Source: Candidatus Avispirillum sp.
Lineage (GTDB): Bacteria; Bacillota; Clostridia; Oscillospirales; CAG-272
Length of the DNA stretch: 63,444 nucleotides
NCBI GenBank assembly: GCA_045656825.1
Contig: JAZORY010000062.1
Coordinates: 1 to 63,444 of the forward strand
Direction of reading: 5' to 3'
Both the position numbers and the translations under genes were made by a program. Below are positions 48,602-58,917 of the stretch, in pieces. Each line of letters starts with the position of its first letter. Positions within the stretch are counted from its first letter, which is position 1. Below the pieces are notes generated by a model. That model was not told the origin of the DNA, made no database searches, and worked only from the letters and a program-made list of their open reading frames with translations.

Positions 48602-49111
48602 ATGAAAAATACATTATTTGAGCGCAGAAGCATACGCGCTTATAAAGCTGAACAGATAAAGGAAGAGGAGCTTGACTACGTTTTGAAGGCTGCTCTTTAT
48701 GCCCCTACGGGAAGAAATCTGCAATCCACCATTATGGTTTCCACACAGAACAAGGAGCTCATTTCCCGCCTTTCAAAAATGAATGCAGAGGTTATGGGAG
48801 TTGACAGCGACCCCTTCTACGGAGCACCCACAGTTGTTATGGTCTTTGCCGATTCAACTATCCGCACTCATTTTGAAGACGGCTGTCTTGCCATGGGAAA
48901 TATGCTCAATGCAGCATATGAAATCGGTCTTGGCTCCTGCTGGATACATCGCGCACGCGAGGTTTTCGCCTCTGACGAGGGCAAAGCTCTTATGAAAGAA
49001 TGGGGCGTTCCCGAATCCTACGTTGGTATCGGAAACTGCATACTCGGATATGCCGATTGCCAGCTTCCCTGCCCTGCCGAAAGAAAAGACGGCAGAATCA
49101 TCAAGCTCTGA
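48602..49111 (+). CDS. Nitroreductase family protein
   Basis: RRSIRAY, APTGRNLQ, FYGAP, GLGSCWI. Confidence 0.92.
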   Translation: MKNTLFERRSIRAYKAEQIKEEELDYVLKAALYAPTGRNLQSTIMVSTQNKELISRLSKMNAEVMGVDSDPFYGAPTVVMVFADSTIRTHFEDGCLAMGNMLNAAYEIGLGSCWIHRAREVFASDEGKALMKEWGVPESYVGIGNCILGYADCQLPCPAERKDGRIIKL

Positions 49112-49125
49112 GGGAGGGTCTGACT

Positions 49126-50172
49126 GTGAAAAAAATAATTATATTAGTTGCCGTCCTCGCCTTTGCGCTTGGCGTTGTTGCAACTCTTGTATTAACAGGA
49201 GGCAATATTCCTCTTTTCAAAGGAGAAAGCGAAGTAACTGAGTCTGAATCTGACGACATCACCGATGAGGAATCTATTGCTGATTCTATCACCGAAAGCA
49301 AAAAGGAAACGGAAAGCGCGGCGCCTGAAACTACAACAACAGCACCTGAAACTACAACAGCTGCTCCTGAAACTACAACAGCTGCACCTGAAACTACAAC
49401 AGTTGCTCCCGAAACAACAACAGTTGCTCCCGAAACAACAACAGCCACACCTGAAACAACAACTGTCCCCGAAACAACCACACCTGATACACCTGCCGAC
49501 AGTGAAGCTGTAACCGCTCCTGAAACACAGGCTCCTTCCGACATAACGATTGATCTTTCATTCTTAATGTCCCCTCAGGTATCCGAGATCATCAAGGTTC
49601 CCGATGAGTTCTTTGCATCATCTCTCTTTATCGGAGATTCAAGAACTGTTGGCCTCAGCTGCTACGCTGATCTTAGCAAAGCAACTGTTTTCTGCACAAA
49701 GGGAATGGACGTTTTCAGAGTGTTCAAGGAAACGGTTGAGGTTCCCAGATATGGCCCCTCTACTCTCGACAACACTCTTCAGATGAAAACCTATGACAAA
49801 ATCTATCTTATGCTGGGTCTCAACGAAATAGGTTACAGTGCAAAGGCTATAATGACAAAGTATACAGAGCTTCTCGTTCTTATACGTTCATATCAGCCCG
49901 ATGCTAAGATATATCTTATGGCAAATCTGCATACAACGTCATCACGTTCAAACACAGACTCCATTTACAACAACGTTAAGATCAACGAGCTCAACAAGCA
50001 GATCGCAGCTATCGCAAACGGTAAAACAAGCTACTATCTTGATGCAAACGTTCTTTTTGACGATGAAACCGGCGGACTCTGCGCTGACTACGCTGTTGAC
50101 GATTTCCACTTAAAGAAGCAATATTATCCCTACTGGGTTAAATGGATCGCCCTTAACAGTGCAATAGAATAA
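49126..50172 (+). CDS. Membrane-anchored SGNH/GDSL hydrolase with a Thr/Pro-rich linker
   Basis: GTG start after GGGAGG; TM helix; GDSRT, LGLNE, DDFH. Confidence 0.8.
   Translation: MKKIIILVAVLAFALGVVATLVLTGGNIPLFKGESEVTESESDDITDEESIADSITESKKETESAAPETTTTAPETTTAAPETTTAAPETTTVAPETTTVAPETTTATPETTTVPETTTPDTPADSEAVTAPETQAPSDITIDLSFLMSPQVSEIIKVPDEFFASSLFIGDSRTVGLSCYADLSKATVFCTKGMDVFRVFKETVEVPRYGPSTLDNTLQMKTYDKIYLMLGLNEIGYSAKAIMTKYTELLVLIRSYQPDAKIYLMANLHTTSSRSNTDSIYNNVKINELNKQIAAIANGKTSYYLDANVLFDDETGGLCADYAVDDFHLKKQYYPYWVKWIALNSAIE
49321..49485 (+). repeat. 21-bp coding tandem repeat (APETTTx), about 8 units
   Basis: GCNCCYGAAACWACAACAGYT-like units; last copies degenerate. Confidence 0.92.
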
Positions 50173-50173
50173 C

Positions 50174-50204
50174 AAAAAAAAGACTGCATATCGCAGTCTT
50201 TTTT
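50174..50204. terminator. Bidirectional terminator
   Basis: AAAAAAAGACTGC-ATATC-GCAGTCTTTTTT. Confidence 0.88.
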
Positions 50205-50211
50205 ATTTGGA

Positions 50212-50997
50212 CTAAAGCTCAAGAAGCATTTCTGATCTTTCAATAAAGTCAACGTCGTCCGAGGAATTGCATATAACAAGCATACCCTCACATTCCGACT
50301 TGTTGATTATATTCTCCGCCTCCAAACGACGCTCAACCTCGCGCACCGTTCCTAGCACTCCGTCAAAAATTTCAACGTTTCCGCCCAAAGCCTTTTTGAT
50401 AGCATCTGACGCGTGAACGTAATGAGTGCATCCAAGAACGACAGCATCAACGTCGGAGCCGTCCGTATAAGGAGAAAGAATGTTTTTCAGACACTCGTCC
50501 ATTTCCTCGCCTTCAACCACGCCGCTTTCAACAAGCTCTACAAGTCCGTGGCAAGGAACAATGACAAACTCAGCCTCATCTGAATATTTTTCAACAAGAC
50601 GAAGAAACTTCTCTCTCATAAGAGTGAGCGGAGTTGCCATAACCACAACCTTAGGATGAGGCGCCATCATAGCCGCAGGCTTAATGGCAGGCTCCATTCC
50701 GATTATGGGAACGTCCTTATATTTCTCTCTGACGTATTCGGCAGCTGCGCTGGTTGCGGTGTTGCAGGCAATAACAACTGCCTTGGCTCCGTTTTCTGTC
50801 AGCATACCGATATTTTCATCGGTGATACGCCTTACCTCATCGCCGCTTTTCTCGCCGTACGGCGCATTGGCAGAGTCGCCGAAGTATATATAATTTTCAT
50901 TTGGCAGGACGCGTCTCAAAACCTTAAGAACGCTTAGTCCGCCAAGCCCCGAGTCCATAACGGCTATGGGCCTCTGACTTCTTTCAAATTCTTCCAT
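50212..50997 (-). CDS. murI: Glutamate racemase
   Basis: DSGLGGLSV, PYG, IACNTAT, LGCTHY. Confidence 0.95.
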   Translation of the reverse strand: MEEFERSQRPIAVMDSGLGGLSVLKVLRRVLPNENYIYFGDSANAPYGEKSGDEVRRITDENIGMLTENGAKAVVIACNTATSAAAEYVREKYKDVPIIGMEPAIKPAAMMAPHPKVVVMATPLTLMREKFLRLVEKYSDEAEFVIVPCHGLVELVESGVVEGEEMDECLKNILSPYTDGSDVDAVVLGCTHYVHASDAIKKALGGNVEIFDGVLGTVREVERRLEAENIINKSECEGMLVICNSSDDVDFIERSEMLLEL

Positions 50998-50999
50998 AA

Positions 51000-51911
51000 T
51001 TATGCAACTCTTTTTTCTTTTTTAGGAAAATCTATCTGAGCAACAACGATTGCCGCAAACATAATAATACATCCCGTAGCCTCTCTAACCGAAGGCACGT
51101 CGCCCTGAAAAACGATTCCGCCAAGCACGGCAAAAACAGATTCAAGACTCATCAAAAGGCTTGCCATAGTGGGATTGGTCTTTTTCTGAGCAAGCACCTG
51201 AAACGTGAATGCAACGCCGGAGCTCATAACACCTGCATAAGCGATGGAAAGCCAGCCGTCCATTATCTGCTGCCACGTGGGCGCTTCAAGAATGAACATA
51301 AACACAGTTGCAAGAACTGCCGCAACCACAAGCTGAATACAGGAGAGCCTGATTCCGTCAACGTCGGAAAAAATATCTATAACCACGATATGAAATGCAA
51401 AGGATATTGCACATCCAAACACCACAAGGTCGCTTACTTCAAAGCTGAAGCCGTCCGTTATGCAAAGCAGATACAGTCCAAATGCTGCAACCATCAGGCA
51501 CACCCAGATTATGGGGCGCACTCTCTTTTTCATAAAAAGACCGATAATAGGCACGATGAGCATGTACATAGCAGTTATAAATCCTGCCTTACCGCTTCCC
51601 GTTCCCATTGACATACCAATCTGCTGAAACATAGCTGCAACAAACATAACTCCGCCACAGCAGGCTCCTGCAATATAGGTTCTTTTCTTTGACTGCTTGG
51701 TGGGAGGAGTGTACCTCCCTATTTTTTTCTTCGCCAAATCGGAAGCATATATAACTGGGAGAAGCACTACCGCACCAAGATAGCATCTGACAGCATAATA
51801 GGTGAAGGGCCCCATTATCTCCATTCCCTCGCTTTGAGCAACGAAGGCGCAGCCCCAGATTATTGCTGCTGCCAGAAGCATTAAATTCGCTAAAAGGTTA
51901 TTTTTCTTCAT
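51000..51911 (-). CDS. DMT/EamA-family transporter
   Basis: IWGCAFVAQ, KAGFITAMY, SLESVFA; about 10 TM segments. Confidence 0.9.
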   Translation of the reverse strand: MKKNNLLANLMLLAAAIIWGCAFVAQSEGMEIMGPFTYYAVRCYLGAVVLLPVIYASDLAKKKIGRYTPPTKQSKKRTYIAGACCGGVMFVAAMFQQIGMSMGTGSGKAGFITAMYMLIVPIIGLFMKKRVRPIIWVCLMVAAFGLYLLCITDGFSFEVSDLVVFGCAISFAFHIVVIDIFSDVDGIRLSCIQLVVAAVLATVFMFILEAPTWQQIMDGWLSIAYAGVMSSGVAFTFQVLAQKKTNPTMASLLMSLESVFAVLGGIVFQGDVPSVREATGCIIMFAAIVVAQIDFPKKEKRVA

Positions 51912-51919
51912 CGGGGGAT

Positions 51920-53941
51920 TTATTTTGCTCTCTTTCTTGCGGGTCTCGCCTGAGTTGTTTCGCACTGGCGATAGTCGAACTGCGGAGGAACCTTAGCTGT
52001 TGCGCGATCGAAGTCCTCTCCGGCAGCTTTTGCACGAAGCTCAAGCATTCTGAGATAGAGATCTGTTATGATAAGCTCGCCCTCTCTGATATCGGGAAGA
52101 ACAAGTCCTCCGTCGCGATAGAAGATAGCCTCTGCGGCATCAGCATCGCCAAGATTGATATATGCCTTTGCAATATAGATCTTAACTCTGCCAATGGAGC
52201 TGACTTCCTCAGGGAATTCCTTTGCCAGAGCTATTGCCTCTTCGTTCATATCAGCAAGAACGAGCAGCTCCATAGCTTCCTTTGCAAGAGAAGCATCATA
52301 AAGTCTCATTCTGCTTGCCTTTGCACAAAGAGCAGCTGCCGCTGTTGCATCACCAAGAAGACGCTTGAAGTTTGCAAGAGCATGGAGAGCCCAGGGAGAA
52401 GGATTGAGCTTATAGGAACGATCGATTCTCTCGTATGCCTCCTGAAGACGATTGTTTGCAAGATATGCAACGCCAAGCTGAAGCTGTGTGTACCAATTTG
52501 TAAGGTCGCCGCCGTCTGCCGCTCCCTCAAGCATACCGATCCATTCATTCTGGAGCATCCAGGAAACGATCTCATCGTTTGTGTCAGGCTCGGGCATTGT
52601 GCCACGGTTCATAAGAGTTACCCAATCTGCTTGCTCCTCGCCAACCTCACCGAAATCAAGGTGAGAAGCCATCTGAGGACGGCCGATCTTTGCTCTCATC
52701 ATATTTTCAAGCGCACCCCAGCCGCTTCCGCGGAAGAGAAGCTCGCCCTTTGCCTTTGCTTTTGCCATAGGCTTTGTTGCTTCAAGCATTTCTTCAAGAG
52801 CATCAGCTGTAATGATCTCATCAAGACGGGCAGCAACCTCCGCCTTTGCCTCCTGCCAATCTCCGTGAACCTTATCGCCGTCGGCGTTCATAGCGCCGTA
52901 AGCCTCAAGCCATTCCCAAGTTGTGTTGGGAGGCATAGGAAGGCATTCATACTGTGTATGAGCAAGGCCTGCCTGAATTTCGATATATCTGTCGGATGAT
53001 CCATCCTCTGTAAGATATTCCTGCCAACGGTCGCCACCGGGGTTCTGTCCCCAACAGAAGAGCTTTCTGCCCTTAAGGCGATAGGTGGAAGTCTGAATAA
53101 GTCCGTATCCGTCAGCATCAAGAGCAGCTTCATAACGGCGCTTGAAATCGGGGATCTTATAGAAGAAGTCCATAGCCGCGGGAACGTTTATAGGATACGT
53201 ACAGTCCGCACCGCTATACGTGAGCATATCCTGAAGGCTTGTTCCGTTATCTGCCATATAAGCGCTGTCAGCGTTAACGATAATTCTTGTATCGGGAGTT
53301 TCGGGAACAGCAATATTGCTCCACCAATACATAGGAACAACTGTGGGAAGGGGATTGATAATACGGTTGCGAACGTAGAGCATACGGGAGCCTTCGGGAA
53401 GGAAGAAATCCATCTGCTGAACTACGCGGCGAATTCTCTCATATTCGTACATACGAAGAACGGGAGTTCCGTCATCAAGCTCAGTTGTTGTTGTGAACAT
53501 AGTATCACAGGTGTGAACGTTGTGTCCGAAGATACCGCAGTTCCATTCAACGCCACCGGAGGTCCATGCATTTCTGATAGCAAGGTTGCAGGGACGCATA
53601 ACCGTGTTGCAGTAAAGCAGATCACAATTCTTTTCTTTATCAATAAGGCTCATAAGCTTTCCGCCCCATTCAGGGAGGAAGGTTGCCTTGAGATATTCAT
53701 TTTCAAGCACAACGGCGTGCATTTCACGATCGTGCAGCTCTCTTGTGTACATATCCTGCATCTTGTAGGGATAGGGAGAGGGAACATGACCGTAGCCTAT
53801 GAAGAGCTCATCGTCCTCACCAACGCCTGAGTCGCCGTTACGGCACCAGAAATTCAGCTTTGAAAGAGGGGGGAGAGATGATGTGCCGTTCATATCCTGG
53901 CAGGGCATCATAAACGATGTTGTATACAATTTAGTTGCCAT
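51920..53941 (-). CDS. DUF5107-domain protein with C-terminal TPR-like helices
   Basis: LENEYLKATFLPEWGGKL, SGGVEWN, YWWSN, GRKLFCWG, YIEIQAG. Confidence 0.8.
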   Translation of the reverse strand: MATKLYTTSFMMPCQDMNGTSSLPPLSKLNFWCRNGDSGVGEDDELFIGYGHVPSPYPYKMQDMYTRELHDREMHAVVLENEYLKATFLPEWGGKLMSLIDKEKNCDLLYCNTVMRPCNLAIRNAWTSGGVEWNCGIFGHNVHTCDTMFTTTTELDDGTPVLRMYEYERIRRVVQQMDFFLPEGSRMLYVRNRIINPLPTVVPMYWWSNIAVPETPDTRIIVNADSAYMADNGTSLQDMLTYSGADCTYPINVPAAMDFFYKIPDFKRRYEAALDADGYGLIQTSTYRLKGRKLFCWGQNPGGDRWQEYLTEDGSSDRYIEIQAGLAHTQYECLPMPPNTTWEWLEAYGAMNADGDKVHGDWQEAKAEVAARLDEIITADALEEMLEATKPMAKAKAKGELLFRGSGWGALENMMRAKIGRPQMASHLDFGEVGEEQADWVTLMNRGTMPEPDTNDEIVSWMLQNEWIGMLEGAADGGDLTNWYTQLQLGVAYLANNRLQEAYERIDRSYKLNPSPWALHALANFKRLLGDATAAAALCAKASRMRLYDASLAKEAMELLVLADMNEEAIALAKEFPEEVSSIGRVKIYIAKAYINLGDADAAEAIFYRDGGLVLPDIREGELIITDLYLRMLELRAKAAGEDFDRATAKVPPQFDYRQCETTQARPARKRAK

Positions 53942-54040
53942 TTTTCAAACCGTTCCTTATTTTATATTATACAAAGTTAGTTTACCATATAAGCTGATTT
54001 TAGTCAATAACTATGGAAAACCTTTTAGTTCCGCTAAAAA

Positions 54041-54068
54041 CAAAAAAGGAGGCAAAGCCTCCTTTTTG
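54041..54068 (-). terminator. mscL terminator
   Basis: CAAAAAGGAGGC-AAA-GCCTCCTTTTTG. Confidence 0.85.
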
Positions 54069-54077
54069 CATATGTAT

Positions 54078-54530
54078 TTAGTCCTTCTTAAGAAGCTCGC
54101 GGATTTCCTTGAGAACTGCAAGCTCGTCTTCAACGGGCTCAGCAGGTGCTTCCTCAACAACTTCCTCTTCCTTCTTCTTTGTGAGCTCGTCAAGCTTCTT
54201 CTGAGCGTTCATTACAACGCGAAGAACAACGAAGATGGAGAAGGCGATGATAAGGAAGTCAATAATAGTCTGGATGAAATTACCGTACATAAGCGCAGAC
54301 TCGGGAGTGATAACCGCGCCTGCCTCATCAAGAACTGCTTCCTGGAAAACAACCTTAAGGTCTGTGAGCATAACCTTGCCTGTTGCAAGGCTGATCAGGG
54401 GAGAGATAATATCGTTTACAAGAGACGTAACGATTTTACCGAACGCGCCGCCGATCACAACGCCGACTGCCATATCGATAATGTTACCCTTCAATGCGAA
54501 GGCCTTGAAATCGCTAAAAAACTTTTTCAT
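54078..54530 (-). CDS. mscL: Large-conductance mechanosensitive channel
   Basis: FKAFALKGNIIDMAVGVVIGGAF, YGNF, LKEIRELL. Confidence 0.96.
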   Translation of the reverse strand: MKKFFSDFKAFALKGNIIDMAVGVVIGGAFGKIVTSLVNDIISPLISLATGKVMLTDLKVVFQEAVLDEAGAVITPESALMYGNFIQTIIDFLIIAFSIFVVLRVVMNAQKKLDELTKKKEEEVVEEAPAEPVEDELAVLKEIRELLKKD

Positions 54531-54603
54531 TTCAGTTTTTCCTTTCATATTTAATTGATGTCAATATTTTAACACAAATGACAAAATTAGTCAATAAAAA
54601 CTA

Positions 54604-56010
54604 TTACGTGCGCTCGCTGAGTCTATCGTAAAGCTCATCCTGCGCAACAGCATGTGCTCTGAAAAGGAACACCGCCATCACAACTCCGATAACGATATTA
54701 AGAATCCATATTTCAGGATAATAAACTGCTACAAATCCGTGGGAGGCTGAAACGACAGCCATAGCCGTCATAAGAGCAAATGCAATTCTGTATTCTCTCA
54801 TAATGGCTGCGCACAGCGCCTCGCCCTTGCCACCTCTTGTTTCAGGACGGGACTTTTCATAAAGCACACAATGCTGGCGCGTCATACCTTCAATGCACTT
54901 AGCACAAAGCCAGATACAAGCAATAAGGAAGGCTGCGCCAAGAGCCTCAGCTGCCATAATTCTGGGATACATCACCTCAGACTGACCAATTCCGTAAAGG
55001 AAGGATGAAGGAGTATACTTCATCTCAGCATACTGATACTGCCAGATAACCTCCAGCGCAGAGGGGATAATTCCCAAGAACCCGAATATAGCCGCAGGAA
55101 TCGCCACTCTTGACGTCTTTTTAAGCATCAGGGCAATAGCTGCAAAAAATACACAGGCAGCACCTGAAGGAAGCCAGTTTACGTAGTCCACGTAAATACT
55201 GAAGCAGAAAACCGCAGCAAGAATCGTTACTACCCAGACTGCCTTTGTCTTCTTTTCTGCAAAATAGCTTTCGTTCGGAGCAACTGTTTCTGAATACTTA
55301 TTTTCAAGAGCCTCAAAAAGAGCCTCGTCGCCTGCGATTCCCTTTATATATCTGTAAAAGCGAACAGCCCATGGAAGAGACGTTGCCAAAACCAAAACGC
55401 CGCACAGCACGTACATATGAGGAATGAAATCAGCCATATCACGAATATTCTCGTCATTGATAACCAATGAATCGCCATAGGAAAACAATGTGGGTATCTG
55501 AGGAAGGAAATAACAAATCGCACGGATAATAAATGCAACGATAGAGAACGCAAGAACAGAATCTGCTGAGCAGAGCTTCTTCTCGCCCTTGAACTTATTT
55601 CCGTTTTCGTCCTTTACCATAGCCTTTTTATAGATACCGTCGCAAGCCTTGCTTTCAAGACGGAGTCCATAATACTGAAATCCACCAACTGTTTTTATCA
55701 TAGCGGGAATAAAGAAAAGTGCTTCAAGTAATGCAAAAACGAAGGACAGCAATATAACAAAAGTTCCGTCAATAACTGTCAGAAGCAGGCAAGAAATCGT
55801 TTTTGCTGCGCTGACAACCGTCAGCAAAACAAAGCATTTCTTTGCCTCTGCAAAATGGTCCTCCATATCGGCAAGGCGATCAATTCCAAGAACCATAAGA
55901 AGATATCCGATAAAATCAGGGATAATATCAATAATATTCACTGTGGGGTTAATAAGAAAGAAAGCGCCCACAGCCATCATCATAATTCCAAGAGCCTTAG
56001 TTTTCTTCAT
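54604..56010 (-). CDS. Uncharacterised polytopic membrane protein
   Basis: About 11-12 hydrophobic segments, DIIPDFIGY motif; start MKKTK overlaps the secA end. Confidence 0.75.
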   Translation of the reverse strand: MKKTKALGIMMMAVGAFFLINPTVNIIDIIPDFIGYLLMVLGIDRLADMEDHFAEAKKCFVLLTVVSAAKTISCLLLTVIDGTFVILLSFVFALLEALFFIPAMIKTVGGFQYYGLRLESKACDGIYKKAMVKDENGNKFKGEKKLCSADSVLAFSIVAFIIRAICYFLPQIPTLFSYGDSLVINDENIRDMADFIPHMYVLCGVLVLATSLPWAVRFYRYIKGIAGDEALFEALENKYSETVAPNESYFAEKKTKAVWVVTILAAVFCFSIYVDYVNWLPSGAACVFFAAIALMLKKTSRVAIPAAIFGFLGIIPSALEVIWQYQYAEMKYTPSSFLYGIGQSEVMYPRIMAAEALGAAFLIACIWLCAKCIEGMTRQHCVLYEKSRPETRGGKGEALCAAIMREYRIAFALMTAMAVVSASHGFVAVYYPEIWILNIVIGVVMAVFLFRAHAVAQDELYDRLSERT

Positions 56011-58759
56011 TGTTGTTATTTGCTCCGCAACATTTCTTGTATTTTTTGCCGCTTCCACAAGGACAAGGGTCGTTTCTTCCAATCTTTTCAGATGCCTTTT
56101 TAACGACGGGCTTCTTCTTAAGCGTTCCGTCTCCCGCGCCTGCAAATCCTGCTGCAACGGGCTTTGCAACCTCAACTCGCTTGATCTGCTCGCGGGGCAT
56201 AACTGAAAGAAGCATTCTCACTGTGTCGTCGCGGATCATCATAACCATTTCATCAAAGAGATCTGCACCAACGATTCTGTATTCACTGATGGGATTACGC
56301 TGAGCATATGCCTGAAGTCCGATAGTTTCCATAAGAGAATCCATCGCCTCAAGATGATCCATCCATTTCTGGTCAACGTTGCGAAGAAGAACAACTCTTT
56401 CAACCTCGCGGAAGTTTTCTTCGCCGAAAACGTTCTGCTCCTTATCCTCATATATCTTCATAGCTCGTGAAAGAAGCTCTTCACGAACCTGATTTCTTGC
56501 CTCTGCCGCATTATCACCAAGATCATTGAAATCTTCCTCTTTGCAGAGAAGACCCATATATTTTGCCTTGAGAGATGCAAGATCCCAGAGAGCCATATCC
56601 TCTTCGTGCAGGAACTGATCAACGCTGTCGCCGATAGTTCCCTCAATCATGGAAATCATCTTCTGCTTGAGAGAGCCTCCCTCAAGAACCTCCTGACGCT
56701 GCTTATAAATGATGGTTCTCTGCTGATTCATAACGTCGTCATAAGCAAGAACGTTCTTTCTGCGCTGGAAGTTGTTATCCTCAACCTTGCGCTGAGCACT
56801 TTCGATAGCATCGGAAAGCATCTTAAGATCAATGGGATCGTCCTCACCAAGCGCACCGCCAAGACGATTTACCATATTGTACATACGGTCGCCGCCAAAG
56901 AGGCGCATAAGATCGTCCTGAAGAGAGATATAGAATCTGGACTGACCGGGGTCGCCCTGACGTCCGCTTCGACCTCTCAGCTGGTTATCTATACGACGGG
57001 CATCGTGGCGCTCTGTGCCGATAACGAAGAGACCGCCTGCCTCGCAAACCTTTTCGGCTTCGGGGCGGATCTCGCTCTGATATTTGTTGTAAAGCTCCTT
57101 GAAATAAGCTCTTGCGGCAAAAACCTCCTCAGAAACAGACTGAGAGGAGCCTGTTGCCAGCATGATCATTTCTTCCTCATAGCCCTCGCGGCGCATCTGA
57201 CTCTTCGCAAGAAACTCTGCATTACCACCGAGAAGAATGTCAGTTCCTCGACCAGCCATATTAGTTGAAATAGTTACCGCACCAAGCTTACCTGCCTGAG
57301 CAACGATCTCCGCTTCCTTTTCGTGATACTTAGCGTTAAGAACGTTATGGGGGATGCCCTCCATCTTAAGCTTTCTTGAAAGAAGCTCGGACTTTTCAAC
57401 GGAAACCGTACCAACAAGAACGGGCTGTCCCTTAGCATGACATTCCTTGATCTGCTTGATAATCGCTCGGTCCTTGCCTGCAACTGTTTTGTAAACAACG
57501 TCGCTGCGGTCCACTCTGATCATAGGCTTGTTTGTGGGAACCTCAACAACGTCCAGATTGTAAATTTCCTGAAACTCCGTTTTCTCGGACAATGCTGTAC
57601 CTGTCATACCGGAAAGCTTATTGTACATTCTGAAGTAGTTCTGGAAGGTGATCGTTGCGATAGTTCTGTTTTCTCTCTTGATCTCAACGCCTTCTTTTGC
57701 CTCTATTGCCTGATGGAGACCATCGGAATATCTTCTTCCGGGCATAATACGGCCTGTGAAGCTGTCTACGATCATAACCTCGTTATCCTTGATAACGTAG
57801 TCTGTGTCGCGCTTCATAATACCGTGAGCACGGATAGCCTGATAAACGTGATGAGAGATATTTGCATTTTCAGGGTCGGCAAGGTTTTCGATTCCGAAAA
57901 ATTCCTCTGCCTTCTTAACACCGTTTGTTGTGAGAGTGCAGCTTCTTGCCTTTTCGTCAACAATGTAATCTTCCTTGATATACTCGTGATCTTCCTTTGA
58001 GTCAAGCTCCTTAATAACGAAGGCGCTCATTCTCTTTGCAAGCTGCTCTGCCTTTGCATAAAGCTCGTCGCTCTTGTTTCCGTGGCCTGAAATAATAAGA
58101 GGAGTTCTTGCTTCGTCAATAAGAATGGAGTCCACCTCGTCAACGATGGCAAAGTTGTGGCCTCTCTGAGTCTGCTGCTCCTTGTAGGTTACCATGTTAT
58201 CACGGAGATAATCAAAGCCCAGCTCATTGTTCGTACCATACGTGATATCGCAGTTGTATGCCTTCTGCTTTTCAGCCTTTGTCTGATCGTGAATAACGAG
58301 ACCGGTCGTAAGTCCAAGGAATTCATGAACTCGGCCCATTTCCTCCTGACCCATTTTAGCAAGATATTCGTTTACCGTTACAACGTGAACACCCTTGCCC
58401 TCAAGAGCGTTAAGGTATGAAGGGAGAACCGCAACGAGAGTTTTTCCCTCACCTGTTTTCATTTCGGCAATTCTTCCCTGATGGAGAAGGATACCGCACA
58501 TCAGCTGAACTCTGAAGGGGCGCTTTCCAAGCACTCTGTCTGCCGCCTCGCGAACGAGAGCAAATGCCTCGGGGAGAATATCGTCAAGAGTTTTGCCAGC
58601 GGCAAGCTCTGCCTTGAAGGTGTCTGTCATGGCTCTCATTTCAGCATCGCTCATCGCCTTGTATTTATCACCGAGAGCTTCAATTTTGTCTACTATGGGA
58701 ACGATCTTTTTGATCTGCTTTTCGCTGTACGTTCCGAAAATTTTAGTGATTAAACTCAT
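55997..58759 (-). CDS. secA: Preprotein translocase ATPase
   Basis: MKTGEGKT, DEVDSILIDEARTPLIIS, QLRGRSGRQGDPG, SEC-C GRNDPCPCGSGKKYKKCC. Confidence 0.99.
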   Translation of the reverse strand: MSLITKIFGTYSEKQIKKIVPIVDKIEALGDKYKAMSDAEMRAMTDTFKAELAAGKTLDDILPEAFALVREAADRVLGKRPFRVQLMCGILLHQGRIAEMKTGEGKTLVAVLPSYLNALEGKGVHVVTVNEYLAKMGQEEMGRVHEFLGLTTGLVIHDQTKAEKQKAYNCDITYGTNNELGFDYLRDNMVTYKEQQTQRGHNFAIVDEVDSILIDEARTPLIISGHGNKSDELYAKAEQLAKRMSAFVIKELDSKEDHEYIKEDYIVDEKARSCTLTTNGVKKAEEFFGIENLADPENANISHHVYQAIRAHGIMKRDTDYVIKDNEVMIVDSFTGRIMPGRRYSDGLHQAIEAKEGVEIKRENRTIATITFQNYFRMYNKLSGMTGTALSEKTEFQEIYNLDVVEVPTNKPMIRVDRSDVVYKTVAGKDRAIIKQIKECHAKGQPVLVGTVSVEKSELLSRKLKMEGIPHNVLNAKYHEKEAEIVAQAGKLGAVTISTNMAGRGTDILLGGNAEFLAKSQMRREGYEEEMIMLATGSSQSVSEEVFAARAYFKELYNKYQSEIRPEAEKVCEAGGLFVIGTERHDARRIDNQLRGRSGRQGDPGQSRFYISLQDDLMRLFGGDRMYNMVNRLGGALGEDDPIDLKMLSDAIESAQRKVEDNNFQRRKNVLAYDDVMNQQRTIIYKQRQEVLEGGSLKQKMISMIEGTIGDSVDQFLHEEDMALWDLASLKAKYMGLLCKEEDFNDLGDNAAEARNQVREELLSRAMKIYEDKEQNVFGEENFREVERVVLLRNVDQKWMDHLEAMDSLMETIGLQAYAQRNPISEYRIVGADLFDEMVMMIRDDTVRMLLSVMPREQIKRVEVAKPVAAGFAGAGDGTLKKKPVVKKASEKIGRNDPCPCGSGKKYKKCCGANNNNEEN

Positions 58760-58881
58760 TATGTTCCTCTCTTTTCTTCACAAGGAAGAAAACGATATTT
58801 TACTTATATATTATATATCTCAGTATTATACAACAACTTCGCCGCAAATAATATACCAATTTGTAAATTTTATTAATCTTA

Positions 58882-58910
58882 TTTACTTTTTTTATGACAA
58901 ATGATATACT
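58882..58910 (+). promoter_or_regulatory. sigmaA promoter directly before the trmL ATG
   Basis: TTTACT-17-TATACT with extended TG, 7 nt before ATG 58918. Confidence 0.6.
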
Positions 58911-58917
58911 AATGTGT

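Noticed and set aside
49000-49125. Long N-terminal extensions in the ORF track (also 2443, 43979, 51965, 56175)
   Set aside because: They overlap neighbouring genes or promoter regions; downstream starts match family N-termini and mostly have SDs.
49321-49485. Possible CRISPR array
   Set aside because: Adjacent in-frame 21-bp coding units with no spacers and no cas genes.
51863-52999. 378-aa ORF antisense to the DUF5107 gene (similar shadows over asd, secA, the cyclophilins and the PPIases)
   Set aside because: Same codon-bias artefact; Ser/Leu/Cys-rich without family features.
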